In this document: positions 11,801 to 20,971 of the stretch, in pieces
Layout of the letters: each line of letters opens with the position of its first letter
How positions within the stretch are numbered: position 1 is the stretch's first letter
IMG/VR virus record: IMGVR_UViG_645058767_000002
Direction: 5' to 3' (one strand)
Length of the DNA: 25,588 nt
Origin: a virus
Lineage: Duplodnaviria > Heunggongvirae > Uroviricota > Caudoviricetes
Notes under the pieces: generated by a model
Told to the model about the DNA's origin: nothing
The model's database searches: none
Seen by the model: only the letters and a program-made list of their open reading frames with translations
Program-made: the position numbers and the translations under genes

Positions 11801-13481
11801 CTTCCCCGGTCTCAAGAATATCGCGCTCAACGATTTCGCCTTCCTGATTCAAGATCCGGATGTAGCTACCGGCTTTATTCAGCGTAACCGGTGCGTCGAG
11901 AGTGATGCTGTTCTTTGTGAACGCCACAATGCGGCCAGAGTTGCGTTTACCAGCACGGTATTTGTTCTGAATCAGCACCGTTTCACCCGGCATAAGGAAG
12001 GAAGCATCAAGCCCTGCCGTAAAGCTGATAACGTCCGACTCCATGCGTGCGGTATACAGCAGCCACAGACCGACACGATGCGCCTGGCCACGGCTTGTAC
12101 AGCCGAACGCAACCACTTCGGTTTTACGCTCGCCATAACGACGCATCGCCTCCTGGTCTTCGACGTACTCGATGTTCTGCTTGTAGCCGTCTTCCTTGTT
12201 GTTGTAGGTCACAAGAGCTACTGACGGACGGTCTTTACGCGCAGATCCCTTGTAGCTGAACATGCCGTCTTTGACGTTCGCGTTGGTGAACATCATGACC
12301 GGATCTGACGGACTATCCTGCATGACGTTAACCATGCCACCAGCCCAGAAGACCATACCGCGGAAGGCGCCAGCGATATCCTGAATCAGTCGGTACGCGT
12401 CCTGACGGCTAGTGATCTGGGTGTTGATAGCGAAGCGCTTCTCTTTGCCCCCGAATCCATTGTCAATTTCTTCGTCACAGTAGCGACCAATCTGGTAGAT
12501 CTGCCCGAGGTCAATCATGGACTCAGAAACGTACTGCCCCAGGCCATAACGAGCGTTGGTAAGCAGGTCGAAGAGAATCCAGGCAGGGTTGGAAGATGAC
12601 AACAGCTTGAATGTGCCATCCCATACGCCGATATAGGTGTTTGTGTGTTCATCGTAGTTGGACGGTACGCGGATCTTCAGGCCACGCACCAGATACGAAC
12701 GAGACGGCATCGAGCTGCCGAACTGCTCTGAGTTGACCTTGAGGCCAACCAGCGCGGAGTTCGGATAGTTCATCGGCGTATCGACGATCTCACCGATAGA
12801 GTCCACCCACGTATCGTTAAAGATGTACTGAGTATTGCTGTCATCGGTCAGACGCAGCACGCGAACCTTGTAGGCACGACCTGGCTTGGGCAGTTTTAGC
12901 TCATAGCTGCGGTAGTAGACGCCTGTCTTTTTTGCCGTCAGCGCAATTTCGGAAGCACTCTCCCCTTCTGCGATGGCGTCCTTGAAGGCATTATCGCCAT
13001 TGGCAATCTGGAATTTGTACTTCACGGTCGTACCGTTGGTATCACCGGTCTTTTTGTCGATGCTACGCAGAGACGGGAACTTCAGAATGACGCGGACACG
13101 GTCTGCCTCATCGTTATCGATGGCAATCGTAACGTCGTGCATTCTTTTCAACTGGATGTTGACTGACTTCGGCGTTTCAACGAAATCGAACCCAGCCATC
13201 GGCGTCTGGTCTTGTGAACCATCGCGGAAGTCCCAGGTGATACCGCTAAAGTTTGAAGACCCGTCTTCGTTAAGGATTGGCAGATCATCAACGAAGATCG
13301 ACTTTGCACCATCCACCAGCCCGCCAATGACACCTTCCCCGAGCAGGTCGAGGATGGACGCCATAGCACGCGAGTTTACGGTATCGTCGGCTTCAACCGG
13401 TGTGCGGCTGGAGCCACTGCTTTTCTTACCGCCAGCACCTGCAATCAGGAGAGGCAGTCTCTTCTTCTTGAACTGTTCCAT
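8850..13481 (-). CDS. Host-specificity / central tail tip protein (lambda J-like) with FN3 domains, long coiled coil and DUF1983-like region
   Basis: 'LDLLGEGVIGGLVDG..SIFVDD.PI', 'YPNSALVGLKVNSEQF', 'SSNPAWILFDLLTNARYGLG', 'GCTSRGQAHRVGLWLL', 'QKYVAGIALG...SQFLVQADRFG...PFVI'. Start is ATG 13481 or TTG 13487. Confidence 0.96.
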   Translation of the reverse strand: MEQFKKKRLPLLIAGAGGKKSSGSSRTPVEADDTVNSRAMASILDLLGEGVIGGLVDGAKSIFVDDLPILNEDGSSNFSGITWDFRDGSQDQTPMAGFDFVETPKSVNIQLKRMHDVTIAIDNDEADRVRVILKFPSLRSIDKKTGDTNGTTVKYKFQIANGDNAFKDAIAEGESASEIALTAKKTGVYYRSYELKLPKPGRAYKVRVLRLTDDSNTQYIFNDTWVDSIGEIVDTPMNYPNSALVGLKVNSEQFGSSMPSRSYLVRGLKIRVPSNYDEHTNTYIGVWDGTFKLLSSSNPAWILFDLLTNARYGLGQYVSESMIDLGQIYQIGRYCDEEIDNGFGGKEKRFAINTQITSRQDAYRLIQDIAGAFRGMVFWAGGMVNVMQDSPSDPVMMFTNANVKDGMFSYKGSARKDRPSVALVTYNNKEDGYKQNIEYVEDQEAMRRYGERKTEVVAFGCTSRGQAHRVGLWLLYTARMESDVISFTAGLDASFLMPGETVLIQNKYRAGKRNSGRIVAFTKNSITLDAPVTLNKAGSYIRILNQEGEIVERDILETGEDITKVTFSKALNSGDMPVMNGVWTITEPDLEPMRVRVINVAQGEAQGTFNVTVVQNNASKYEAIDNGATLIPENNTVLDPTYSKPTNLQVTEGTYISSPGNLSIKLVATWEGKSAEYWISWRRSDENNVSNWQSARVTEEQFEILNIAENGQYDIQLYAVSFSGKKTDIISTVYQVKGTMTPPGSPTSLTAVGDYRNVILNWVNPDSIDLDHINVYASQTNDLETAKLVAEAASTTFTHAGLGDSETWYYWVRAVNKRGMLSPPNSNLGTEAMTRDVLSFLTGKITSSELGQELLEEIDAKASQDAVDAINKQMEESLKELDQSVADLDSKLEDTSGRLEQVQNDLKNEVSGTLDKVNDALQQVEDSNAALVELQETVSEQGKAIAGAVEAAHAALDNASALIAEEREARVEGDKANAKQIEAMKSSVDDSVAAVEEMKKTVAEVERASAEASTNIEALAKTNIDLALRQDEDQHKQMVNNAKIATTQKTFADDMSAMASKVEEIRAEIGEDIRASILEETTARVEADKTIATHISKLEAQLNDDISAAIVSEQEARATADETLSRQITTLQAKVEGDISAALTEEQIARATADEALSKQITQLKAQNGEDIKAAVAEETQARTDADGALASQISSLKAQTAEDIKAAVDTETKARTDADSALAGQITNLQAQTGKDINAAITSEATARANADGALGKRIDTVKAEVDGNSALIQQQAKAIADTDKKVSAAWTLKMETSTSGGQKYVAGIALGIDSTGLSQFLVQADRFGLVNSVNGKITTPFVIENSVAYMNGAYIKDGTITNAKIGNVIQSNDYAAGSRGWIIPKDGSPEFNNGTFRGNIAANSGTLNNVTIAQNCQILGKLHANQIDGDIVKAYMVNGSSIYIAPQTFARIIYVVNGYYYNKPSEDINTYSWSRITEYTVNGVKQQIYGMREGSKNQSGLFGYYNLPAGQSATVDVYTWHRQRKYDHRVNEPYLILVFKA
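9672..10265 (-). repeat. Six tandem 99-bp (33-aa) repeats within J
   Basis: IRASILEETTARVEADKTIATHISKLEAQLNDD / ISAAIVSEQEARATADETLSRQITTLQAKVEGD / ISAALTEEQIARATADEALSKQITQLKAQNGED / IKAAVAEETQARTDADGALASQISSLKAQTAED / IKAAVDTETKARTDADSALAGQITNLQAQTGKD / INAAITSEATARANADGALGKRIDTVKAEVDGN. Confidence 0.9.
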
Positions 13482-13502
13482 GTTCAAAAATTTCCCTTCT
13501 TA

Positions 13503-14090
13503 CTAAAGCTGGTCGATGGTGATCGAAGAACTTACTACCTGTGAGCCGACCAGAATTTCCTCACCATAAATGAGCTGAACCGGGTTGCCCTGGTTAGTGG
13601 TGTTTTGTGGTCCGTCGAAATAAAACGAGTTCGAGTTATCTGCCTGCCTTACACTGTCATTGGTCGCCTGGGGCGAAATTAACTGCGAAATACCCCCCAT
13701 CATTAGCGACAAGCCGAGCGGGGCCAGCGCGGGAAACCAGAATGAGGCAACCATGACGAGTGCCCCTACGACTGTCTGAAACCAACCAAAAGCCTTACCG
13801 CCGCTACCGCGAGGAACCGGCGTGATGCGGATCTTCGCGATGTTGTCGGACTGCCCCATCATTTGAAACTCGCTCTCATCAACCGACCACTTATGCCCCT
13901 GCTTATTGGTGATCTGGATGTGATACTTGTCGTAGGTCTTCATGTTGCGCTTCATCCAGGCTTTTAAGCCCGGACGATTGGCTTCGACCAGATCCAACGC
14001 CTGTTTGGTGTTGCGCACTTTTAAATGCCAGTGGCGGCCGAAATGTCTGGCCATCGGGCCACCAAGTTGCACATGAACTAACTCAGACAC
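13503..14090 (-). CDS. Tail tip assembly protein (lambda I-like)
   Basis: Ubiquitin-like N-terminus 'VHVQLGGPMARHFGRHWHLKVRNTKQALDLVEAN', hydrophobic Gly-rich middle, and 'SFYFDGPQNTTNQGNPVQLIYGE.LVGSQVVS' C-terminus; position between K and J. Confidence 0.9.
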   Translation of the reverse strand: MSELVHVQLGGPMARHFGRHWHLKVRNTKQALDLVEANRPGLKAWMKRNMKTYDKYHIQITNKQGHKWSVDESEFQMMGQSDNIAKIRITPVPRGSGGKAFGWFQTVVGALVMVASFWFPALAPLGLSLMMGGISQLISPQATNDSVRQADNSNSFYFDGPQNTTNQGNPVQLIYGEEILVGSQVVSSSITIDQL

Positions 14091-14875
14091 GTCTCATCTC
14101 CCTTGAGTAAGTCTCTGTGACGCAGGTGGTGCGTCGTGTGTTTCTGGTACATGCCACCGTAATAAGCGCGACAGCTCAGACGGTCGATCTGGTGGTGCAG
14201 GATCATTCCGTCTCCGATGTACACCGCGCAGTGGTCAGGCATCTTTCCGTACTGAATGAAGAAGACGTCACCACGCTGGGGTTCCGTCCCCGGCGCCAGA
14301 CGAACAAGCCCTTCATTGCGGTAGTTCTGATCGAGAATGTCGGTATCGCCCGTGTACCACGATGGAATATGCAGGTGCGGGTTCGGATTCAGCTCGACGT
14401 TGAACTCACGCTTCAGGTAGTCGCGGCACAGCATCCAGCAGTCGAAGACACCGAACACATAGGGTCGACCCAGATAAGGCATCTCAAAGCCGTCTGGGGT
14501 GATCACATTCATCTCACTGAAGTGAAATGGCGCATCGCCCTCGACGTTCTTCCGAACAGCCAGAATCAGCCACGGAACTTCCGTTGCCTCGCATCCGGCG
14601 CGGTCGGCATCTGACGCATCAGCTGATTCGTCAGTGTGGGAGTGCCAGATGGCAACCACGTCTCCCGCATCTTCCGCTGCGATAATGTCGTCAGCGTGCA
14701 TCACAAACGTGTTTTCCGGGTTCTCCGACACGTTCCGGGCTTCCATGAAGCGATATTTCTCGCCAGTAGTACGCACCAGAAAGCCACACGCTTCGTTCGG
14801 GTAGCGTTTGATGGCTGTCAGATAGATTTCCTGCATAATGTCCGACCCAAGCTCAGGGAAAGCTCTATTACCCAT
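14078..14875 (-). CDS. Tail tip assembly protein (lambda K-like; JAB/MPN + NlpC/P60)
   Basis: 'YPNEACG...AIWHSHT...SDAD' JAB motif and 'YLGRPYVFGVFDCW...PDHCAVYIGDGMILHH' NlpC/P60 motif. Start moved to ATG 14875 (SD GGAG, overlaps the L stop). Confidence 0.92.
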   Translation of the reverse strand: MGNRAFPELGSDIMQEIYLTAIKRYPNEACGFLVRTTGEKYRFMEARNVSENPENTFVMHADDIIAAEDAGDVVAIWHSHTDESADASDADRAGCEATEVPWLILAVRKNVEGDAPFHFSEMNVITPDGFEMPYLGRPYVFGVFDCWMLCRDYLKREFNVELNPNPHLHIPSWYTGDTDILDQNYRNEGLVRLAPGTEPQRGDVFFIQYGKMPDHCAVYIGDGMILHHQIDRLSCRAYYGGMYQKHTTHHLRHRDLLKGDETCLS

Positions 14876-15566
14876 AACGTGTTGCTCCAATGAATCCGCC
14901 AAAGTGGATTACGCCATTGGCAAAGTAGTTACGGCGTGCGTTGCATGAGTCGTAGCGTTTCGTGCAGTAATCCGCGCCTGACATGGTGGTTTGCTGGTTG
15001 TTTTTGTCGAAATAGGGGCCGGTATAGCCGCACTCTGGGCCGCGGTATTTCCACGGGCAGGTGTTTTTGATGATCTGGCGGTACGGCAGTTGCACGCCCA
15101 TCAGATCGAACACGCTCGACAGCTCAAACTCGACAACCTCATGGGTTTCAAGAGTCTTCTGCTCGACGAACCACATCTCATCGGGAAAATGCTGATTCGG
15201 ATCTGCGGTCGGATTTCCGTCTTTGAAGTTGGCCGCGTCGAGAAAACGCGCCAGCGTCATCTTGCGGATGATGCGACAACCCACCAGATCGTCATTTGCC
15301 TGGACTTCAGCGGAGACGGTTCCGGCAAAGTTGGAGACCTGGATTTTTGGACGCGGCAAAGTACCCTGACCAGTCTTATCAAAGCCTGACGCCTTGATTG
15401 GCCACGGTTCGTAGGACACACCTTGCCAAACGACTGGCTCCATCAGTTCGTTTGTACCGGCGTGGAAAAACAGCTTGCCCCCAGAGGTGGTGTTCGACAT
15501 ATCAAGTTCGAACAGCTCAATGAGCGCGGAGGGCGACAAGCTCTGAATATCAGCTTTAATACCCAT
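14868..15566 (-). CDS. Minor tail / tail tip protein (lambda L-like)
   Basis: 'IELFELD...VVWQGVSYEPWPIKASGF...PRPKIQVSN', 'LPYRQIIKNTCPWKYRGPECGY...YCTKRYDSC...FGGF' with four C-terminal Cys. Start moved to ATG 15566 (SD AAGGA). Confidence 0.93.
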   Translation of the reverse strand: MGIKADIQSLSPSALIELFELDMSNTTSGGKLFFHAGTNELMEPVVWQGVSYEPWPIKASGFDKTGQGTLPRPKIQVSNFAGTVSAEVQANDDLVGCRIIRKMTLARFLDAANFKDGNPTADPNQHFPDEMWFVEQKTLETHEVVEFELSSVFDLMGVQLPYRQIIKNTCPWKYRGPECGYTGPYFDKNNQQTTMSGADYCTKRYDSCNARRNYFANGVIHFGGFIGATRYG

Positions 15567-15587
15567 CGTTTCTTCCTTGAAATAAAG

Positions 15588-15612
15588 AGGCGCCAACATC
15601 CTGTCAGCGCCT
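15588..15612 (-). terminator. Intrinsic terminator candidate between M and L
   Basis: AGGCGCTGACA-GGA-TGTTGGCGCCT (11 bp including two G-U pairs) followed by CTTTATTT. Confidence 0.6.
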
Positions 15613-15623
15613 ATAGATAATAG

Positions 15624-15641
15624 TAAATAAGCACCTACTTA
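15624..15641 (+). promoter_or_regulatory. 18-bp intergenic motif, copy 4 (TAAATAAGCACCTACTTA)
   Basis: Starts 14 bp after the M stop; on the - strand it is followed by cTATTAT and then the hairpin. Confidence 0.6.
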
Positions 15642-15655
15642 TCTAGTGGGTTAAA

Positions 15656-15991
15656 TTATCCTTCATAAATTTGTCGGAAGGTCGCAGTGAGAACGAGATA
15701 GCCCTGATAACGCTTCACAGTATGGCTGTCGCACACCACAACCATCTTTTTGCCTCGAGGGTTCGTCCAGTAGAACGACTCAACGGCCGCGCGTGCCGTC
15801 AGAAAGTCATCGACGGCATTGATGACGTCATAAGAACGCGTAAAAGTAAGGCTCCACTCTTCTTTAATGCGATTAAGCCCTTTTGCCTGACGCTGTTCGT
15901 AATCGTCACCGAAATTCAGCACCGTCACGTTAGGCTTCACGGTCTTTTCCGACTCGTAGTCGGGATACCAGTTAAAAGTCAGTCTTTCCAT
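15656..15991 (-). CDS. Minor tail / distal tail protein (lambda M-like)
   Basis: 'TFNWYPD...KPNVTVLNFGDDYEQR...GLN...WSLTF...DDFLTARAAVESFYWTNP...VVC...LTATFRQ' is the lambda M family pattern; immediately downstream of the tape measure. Confidence 0.93.
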   Translation of the reverse strand: MERLTFNWYPDYESEKTVKPNVTVLNFGDDYEQRQAKGLNRIKEEWSLTFTRSYDVINAVDDFLTARAAVESFYWTNPRGKKMVVVCDSHTVKRYQGYLVLTATFRQIYEG

Positions 15992-16024
15992 CTCACATCC
16001 TTGTGAGACCGCCCCTTCCGGGGC
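15991..16024 (-). other. Two adjacent hairpins between tape measure and M
   Basis: GCCCC-GGAA-GGGGC (16024-16011) and TCTCACA-AGGA-TGTGAGA (16008-15991); the second has the SD in its loop and ends on the A of the M start codon. Confidence 0.5.
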
Positions 16025-16032
16025 AGCCGTGG

Positions 16033-19000
16033 TTAGTTACGTTGAGAGTTAGGGTTGAGCGAACCGCCTGGCCGCTTCTCCTGAGCGATGGTTTCAAGCG
16101 CGATCGCCTTCATGCGCTGCGCAGCCTGACTCCATGCGCCTTCGGAATTGCTGTTCTCCGAGACACTGCCGTCGCTGTTGACGTTGATTTCAATGCTGAC
16201 AGGTGAGAAAACGCCGCCGCCTTTAACACCCTCTGCGTTGAGCGTGACCGGGATGGAACGCCCATCCGGAAGAGGAACGTAGGCTTCGTTCATATCCCCT
16301 TCGCCAAATAACGCCAGCTGTGGAGAGTCAGCGATGCCACCTTTCTGGTAAGCACGCAGCGGAACCACGCCGTCTTTCCCGAAAATGCCGCCTTTGGCGA
16401 ACTTCGGGATTGCCGGAATGCCGCCAGTACCATCAGATGCCGATCCGGTGAGATTGTTGAATCCGGAGTTAGAGCCGGAGGAACCAGATCCGATGTTATC
16501 GAAGCCACCACCAGCCCAGGCAGACACCAGCCCGGAGGCAATGGTAGCGCCGAAACTCAACCACTTATTGCCAGAGCCGGACATGTTTGCGCCCAGCATA
16601 GCAAACGCGGCAGAAAGCGCCCCCGTGACAGAGCTAAGGTTCTGCATGGAGAAGATGGACGTCTTCACCGCTTTGGTTTCCGCGTCTTTGGCTTCAGTAC
16701 TGGTGAACAGTCCATTTACCCAGTTGCCGATCGCGTTGGTTGCAGAACCAATCGCGCTGGTCGTCTGCTGAGTGGTCTGCCCCAGACCGGAGACCGAGCT
16801 GGAGGTCTCTTTCGTCGCCTCACCCACGCTCTTATCGCCGTTGACCGCATTCATCCGGACGCCCTGGTTGGCAACCGCAGACGCGACACCAGAAAGCAGA
16901 TTGCCACTCTGAGAGCTGCCCGCTGCCGTCGTCCCCATCCCCAGCATGTTCATGAGAGGTAGAGTGATCTGCGTCTTCACAACCATGTTGGTGATGTCGC
17001 GGAGAATGGACTCTGCCAGGCTGGAGAAGTCCAGTTTCCCCTTCATGACGAAGTCGGTCAGCGTATCCGTCATGTTGCTGAACAGGTTGCTCCAGCTGTT
17101 TTCCAGCTGTTCGGCCAGATTCTCGTACTCAAGCGCCAGCTTCTGTGTCGCCGTACCCGTCTCTTTGATGAGCGCGGTGTTGCCTGCCGCCACCAGCTGG
17201 TTAATCTGCTTGGTGTAGAGCGCCACGATTTTCGGATCAGAAGCCTGGTCACGCAAATCCATCAACGCTTTCAGATTACGGTTGTAGGTGTCGTTGAAAT
17301 CGGCCACCTTCTCTTCACGAGACGGCTTGTAACCCGCGCTGATGATGGAATCGGATTCCGGCGCCCAGGTGGAGATCATCTGCTCGACGTTGCGGCGGTT
17401 GAACATCTCGCGATAGTCGTCGCTCGCGTTCGCCAGGTCAGCGAGGCGTGACTTGGCTTTGTCGATCATCTCCTGAGTGATGAACTCATTCGGTACGGCG
17501 TTGGCCAGTTCGGTCAGCGATTTGGTGGTATCGCGGAGAGACTGGTCAAACGACACGGTCGCTTTTGAGCTTTCCCCCATCTGCCCCATAAGCTGATCGG
17601 CTTTATCCAGGGCTTTCTGGTAGCCGGCCGCCAGCTTACGCTGCGCATTTTCTTCCTTCCTCGCGGCACGCTGAGAAGCATTGGCAGTACGCTGCCCGGC
17701 TTTTTCCGCTGCTGCGGCGTCCTGCTCACGCGCTTTGGTCAGTGCGGCGATCGCGGCAGCACGTTCCTCGTCGCTCATTTTCTCCAGAGAGCTGGCGCTG
17801 GAGGCTTTCTGCAGGTTCAGCTGGGTTTTGAGCTGTTTCGGCCCGATGATCGGCTTGCCTTCGAAGTCCAGCATCGCCGTACCGTCTGGCAGTGTGCGCT
17901 GGTAGGTCGCGGAGTCCATCTGGTTCCGCATATACTGCGCCAGTGCTTTCTGAGCCGCCTTATCGGTCGTCCCCAACCCCAGAACGGTGCCCTGGTTGGA
18001 CATTACGCCCTTACCGGTTTTCGCCGCGCTATCACGCTCGAACTCCGCCTGAGTCAGCTCCTGAGCTACAGCTTCAAGATGCTCCTGATACCCGCGGATG
18101 CTGCCCTGCAGCTTCTGAACCTGCTCGGTGTTCCCCTCTTTCTTCGCTTTCTCCAGCATGTCGCTGAAGTGGGCAATTTGCTTCTCGGTGGCGTTTTTAC
18201 GAGAAGACAGGTCGTAGACCAGCTTCTGTGCCGGTTCCAGATAGGACTTGTTCACCTTCTCGCGAAGCGGTGCAAGCAGCTTGTTCTTCTCGTCGTCCGA
18301 AAGCGATTTGTCGTCGTTGATTTTCTGGATCTTATCCAGAGCCTCCTGACGGGCTTTCACAAACGTCGCAGAGAAGACCTGGTTATCTGCCCGGATTTTC
18401 TCAATCTGGGATTCGGCAGCTTCTTTTGCCAGGCGTTTGGCCACTGCGCCATCACCCAGCGCCATCGTGCCGGTTGTTCTTTCGTACTCTTCCTGATTTT
18501 TCTTCAGGCGAGCCTCAACAACCTCTTTGGACTCCTTCACGGCGACAGGGCCAGCCGCTGTGGAGTAGTAGTTCACGCTTTCGCCAGTTTTAAGCGCCTG
18601 CTGGTCTCGCTGGATCTGCTTTTCAAGCTCGGCTGCACGCGCTGCCATCTGCGCACGCTTGGCCGCCGTCATCGCCTCCGGGATTTTGCGGATCTCGTCC
18701 ACGACTTTGGACGTTTCGCTGCGGAGCATGGTCATATACGTGATAAGACCGGCCACAGCCACGGTAGCTACGGTGAACGCTGCACCAATTGGGTTTGCTG
18801 CAATGAACGCAGTTAGCCCAGCAAACGCGCCCTGAAGCCCCGTAATCGCGCCACGGATAGCGAAGATCAGCGATGGGATTGGGGCCAGCCCCATACGAGC
18901 CGCACGATTAAAGCGGGTGACAGCTGTCGCGCCCAGATTGAACGGAGCCTGGAGAACGGTCGACATCTTGGTAAATGTGTTAACCATTTGCCCGGCAGTG

Positions 19001-20610
19001 CCAATCACGCCTGCAATCCCGGCACGCATCAGCTTGAACGCCACCATTGCGGCAACGACTTTGCCCAGGCTGATAACCAGCTCCTGGTTTTTAGCCAGCC
19101 ACTGCGCCAGCTCGCGTAAGCCGTCGATCGCCGTGGAGAGTCCGGAACCCAGCGAGTTAGCGAACGAAATGCCTTCAGCGCTGTTCATGATGGAAGCAAG
19201 CTCTTTCATCCCCTTTGTGAGAGAATCCAGATAGCCCGCCTGACCGACACGATCGGCAAACAGCGTAAAGGAGGTTTGCAGTTGCGCCAGCGCACCGGTG
19301 TAGGTTTGCATCATGTCTTTGGCGGCGTTTTCGTTCTCCGCACGCAGACCAACGAACATCAGCGATAGCGCCTGTTTCGCTTCCACAGTACCGGTGGAGA
19401 CTGCTTTGGTCAGTTCCCCCATAGTGATACCGGCAGCGTCTGCCATCGCCTTCATCGCGTTAGGAACGGCTTCACCTAATTGCTGACGCAGTTCTTCCAT
19501 CGACACGACGCCCTTACCGGACATCTGCTGGACAGCCACGGCAGCACGTTTAAGCAGTTCGCTATCGCCGCCGAAGCGTGCAACGGAGTCCACCAGTGCT
19601 TTCAGCGATCCGTCAGTAGGATCGAGACCTGCCGAGCGAAATTTAACGAAGGAATCGGTCAGCGCCTGCATCGCAAACGGGGCGTTTTGCGCCATATCCA
19701 CGATGTACTGCATATCCTCTGCGGCGGCTTTTCCAGGGTTGGCCTTATCCTTGTTCAGCCCGCGCAACATGACACGCATACGCTCCATTTCGGAGGCGGC
19801 TTCGATGATTGGCTTCTGCCAGCCGAACAGGATGTCAGTTACCGTTCTTGCCGCATCACCAATCTCGCCAAGCAAGAAAATGTTGCCGCGCAGACCAGAG
19901 AACACACCACTTTCAGCACTACGCCCGCCGTGGCCATAGGAACCGCTGTGTCGACCTCCACCGCCATTACCACCGCCATCACCGTAGCTACTGGTGCGTA
20001 CACGTACCGGCTTGCTGATCAGTTGCTGGCGGCCAATCACCGCATCCATCTGATCGCGGACTTTCTTCAGCCCCTCAGCAGCCTGGCTCGTTGTGACACC
20101 CCAATTACTGAGACGCTTTGTCGTGGTGTTAAGACGCGTATTCATGCCGCTCACGGATGCAGAGGCTTCTTTTACCTCCGTACCGAAGCGGCTGGCGCTC
20201 TTGCCAGCGAACGTTGCCCAATCGGAAAACTCATTGAGTTCAGACTGAACCTTGCGCAGCGATGTGGTGAGCTTATTAACGGATGAGGTGGTTGTGTCGA
20301 CGCGCTCAATCAGGGTTTTGAGACCTGAGTTGAGGCTGGTAATGCTGCCTCGCGTCTTGCGCGAAACATCAGACACAAGCTCGAAGCCGGCAGCTACATC
20401 CTGTAGTTTTTCTGCCGTGACATCGAGCTTGGACTCCAGAACGCCGATGATGCGGGAGACCGAACCCAACGAGCGTTCCAGATTGTTAATTTTCTGAGCT
20501 GGCTTTGTGGCCTGCTCCCCGAATCTGGTAAGTAGCTTACCCGCCCGGTCGATTGACGCTGTAAACTGCTTGTCTTCCAGCGACAGGATAAACTCTACGT
20601 TTTGTGACAT
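16033..20610 (-). CDS. Tail tape measure protein (about 1525 aa)
   Basis: Long Ala/Gly/Lys-rich helical protein; tape-measure domain 'ALTDSFVKF..AG...LKALVDSVARFGG...QQMSGKGVVSMEELRQQLGE'; C-terminal 'PKFAKGG...LFGEG..EAYVPL'; follows the G/T chaperones. Start moved to ATG 20610. Confidence 0.96.
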   Translation of the reverse strand: MSQNVEFILSLEDKQFTASIDRAGKLLTRFGEQATKPAQKINNLERSLGSVSRIIGVLESKLDVTAEKLQDVAAGFELVSDVSRKTRGSITSLNSGLKTLIERVDTTTSSVNKLTTSLRKVQSELNEFSDWATFAGKSASRFGTEVKEASASVSGMNTRLNTTTKRLSNWGVTTSQAAEGLKKVRDQMDAVIGRQQLISKPVRVRTSSYGDGGGNGGGGRHSGSYGHGGRSAESGVFSGLRGNIFLLGEIGDAARTVTDILFGWQKPIIEAASEMERMRVMLRGLNKDKANPGKAAAEDMQYIVDMAQNAPFAMQALTDSFVKFRSAGLDPTDGSLKALVDSVARFGGDSELLKRAAVAVQQMSGKGVVSMEELRQQLGEAVPNAMKAMADAAGITMGELTKAVSTGTVEAKQALSLMFVGLRAENENAAKDMMQTYTGALAQLQTSFTLFADRVGQAGYLDSLTKGMKELASIMNSAEGISFANSLGSGLSTAIDGLRELAQWLAKNQELVISLGKVVAAMVAFKLMRAGIAGVIGTAGQMVNTFTKMSTVLQAPFNLGATAVTRFNRAARMGLAPIPSLIFAIRGAITGLQGAFAGLTAFIAANPIGAAFTVATVAVAGLITYMTMLRSETSKVVDEIRKIPEAMTAAKRAQMAARAAELEKQIQRDQQALKTGESVNYYSTAAGPVAVKESKEVVEARLKKNQEEYERTTGTMALGDGAVAKRLAKEAAESQIEKIRADNQVFSATFVKARQEALDKIQKINDDKSLSDDEKNKLLAPLREKVNKSYLEPAQKLVYDLSSRKNATEKQIAHFSDMLEKAKKEGNTEQVQKLQGSIRGYQEHLEAVAQELTQAEFERDSAAKTGKGVMSNQGTVLGLGTTDKAAQKALAQYMRNQMDSATYQRTLPDGTAMLDFEGKPIIGPKQLKTQLNLQKASSASSLEKMSDEERAAAIAALTKAREQDAAAAEKAGQRTANASQRAARKEENAQRKLAAGYQKALDKADQLMGQMGESSKATVSFDQSLRDTTKSLTELANAVPNEFITQEMIDKAKSRLADLANASDDYREMFNRRNVEQMISTWAPESDSIISAGYKPSREEKVADFNDTYNRNLKALMDLRDQASDPKIVALYTKQINQLVAAGNTALIKETGTATQKLALEYENLAEQLENSWSNLFSNMTDTLTDFVMKGKLDFSSLAESILRDITNMVVKTQITLPLMNMLGMGTTAAGSSQSGNLLSGVASAVANQGVRMNAVNGDKSVGEATKETSSSVSGLGQTTQQTTSAIGSATNAIGNWVNGLFTSTEAKDAETKAVKTSIFSMQNLSSVTGALSAAFAMLGANMSGSGNKWLSFGATIASGLVSAWAGGGFDNIGSGSSGSNSGFNNLTGSASDGTGGIPAIPKFAKGGIFGKDGVVPLRAYQKGGIADSPQLALFGEGDMNEAYVPLPDGRSIPVTLNAEGVKGGGVFSPVSIEINVNSDGSVSENSNSEGAWSQAAQRMKAIALETIAQEKRPGGSLNPNSQRN

Positions 20611-20617
20611 TCCCTTG

Positions 20618-20971
20618 TCATCCTCTGCCAAAAATTTGCATCAGTTGCTCTTTGGCGTCAGGGTCTGCCTTATCCTTGCGTGGATCGTAGACTTTATCGG
20701 TTACGACTGGTCTTCCAATCCTGAGTTGCAAACCCTCCATGAACGCCTTTACGCCCTCGCCATCTGCCTGGGCAGCGCGAGCGACTTGCAGGTTGCGGAC
20801 ATCCTCTTCCGCACGCAGACGGTCGATGTTGCGACTGAGCATCCAGAACATCGTTAGAGGGACGCCCAGCAGCTCTAATGGCGACACGGCGTAGTGAGCA
20901 ACTACACGACTGAAATAGAATCCGAGATCTATCGATACGGTCTTTACCCCGGATTCATCGCGGGAAATTAC
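20618..20971 (-). CDS. gpT-like frame of the tail assembly chaperone (probably expressed as a ~222-aa GT fusion by -1 frameshift)
   Basis: The -1 frame relative to the upstream gene is open from 20980 to the stop at 20618: KVISRDESGVKTVSIDLGFYFSRVVAHYAVSPLELLGVPLTMFWMLSRNIDRLRAEED...; it includes the track ORF 20618..20887. Confidence 0.8.
   Translation of the reverse strand, partial: VISRDESGVKTVSIDLGFYFSRVVAHYAVSPLELLGVPLTMFWMLSRNIDRLRAEEDVRNLQVARAAQADGEGVKAFMEGLQLRIGRPVVTDKVYDPRKDKADPDAKEQLMQIFGRG

Noticed and set aside
10377-20286. Long + strand ORFs opposite J and the tape measure (e.g. 10377..11021, 18079..18816, 19480..20286)
   Set aside because: They are fully antisense to well-supported genes with biased codon use, and have no recognisable domains or RBS.
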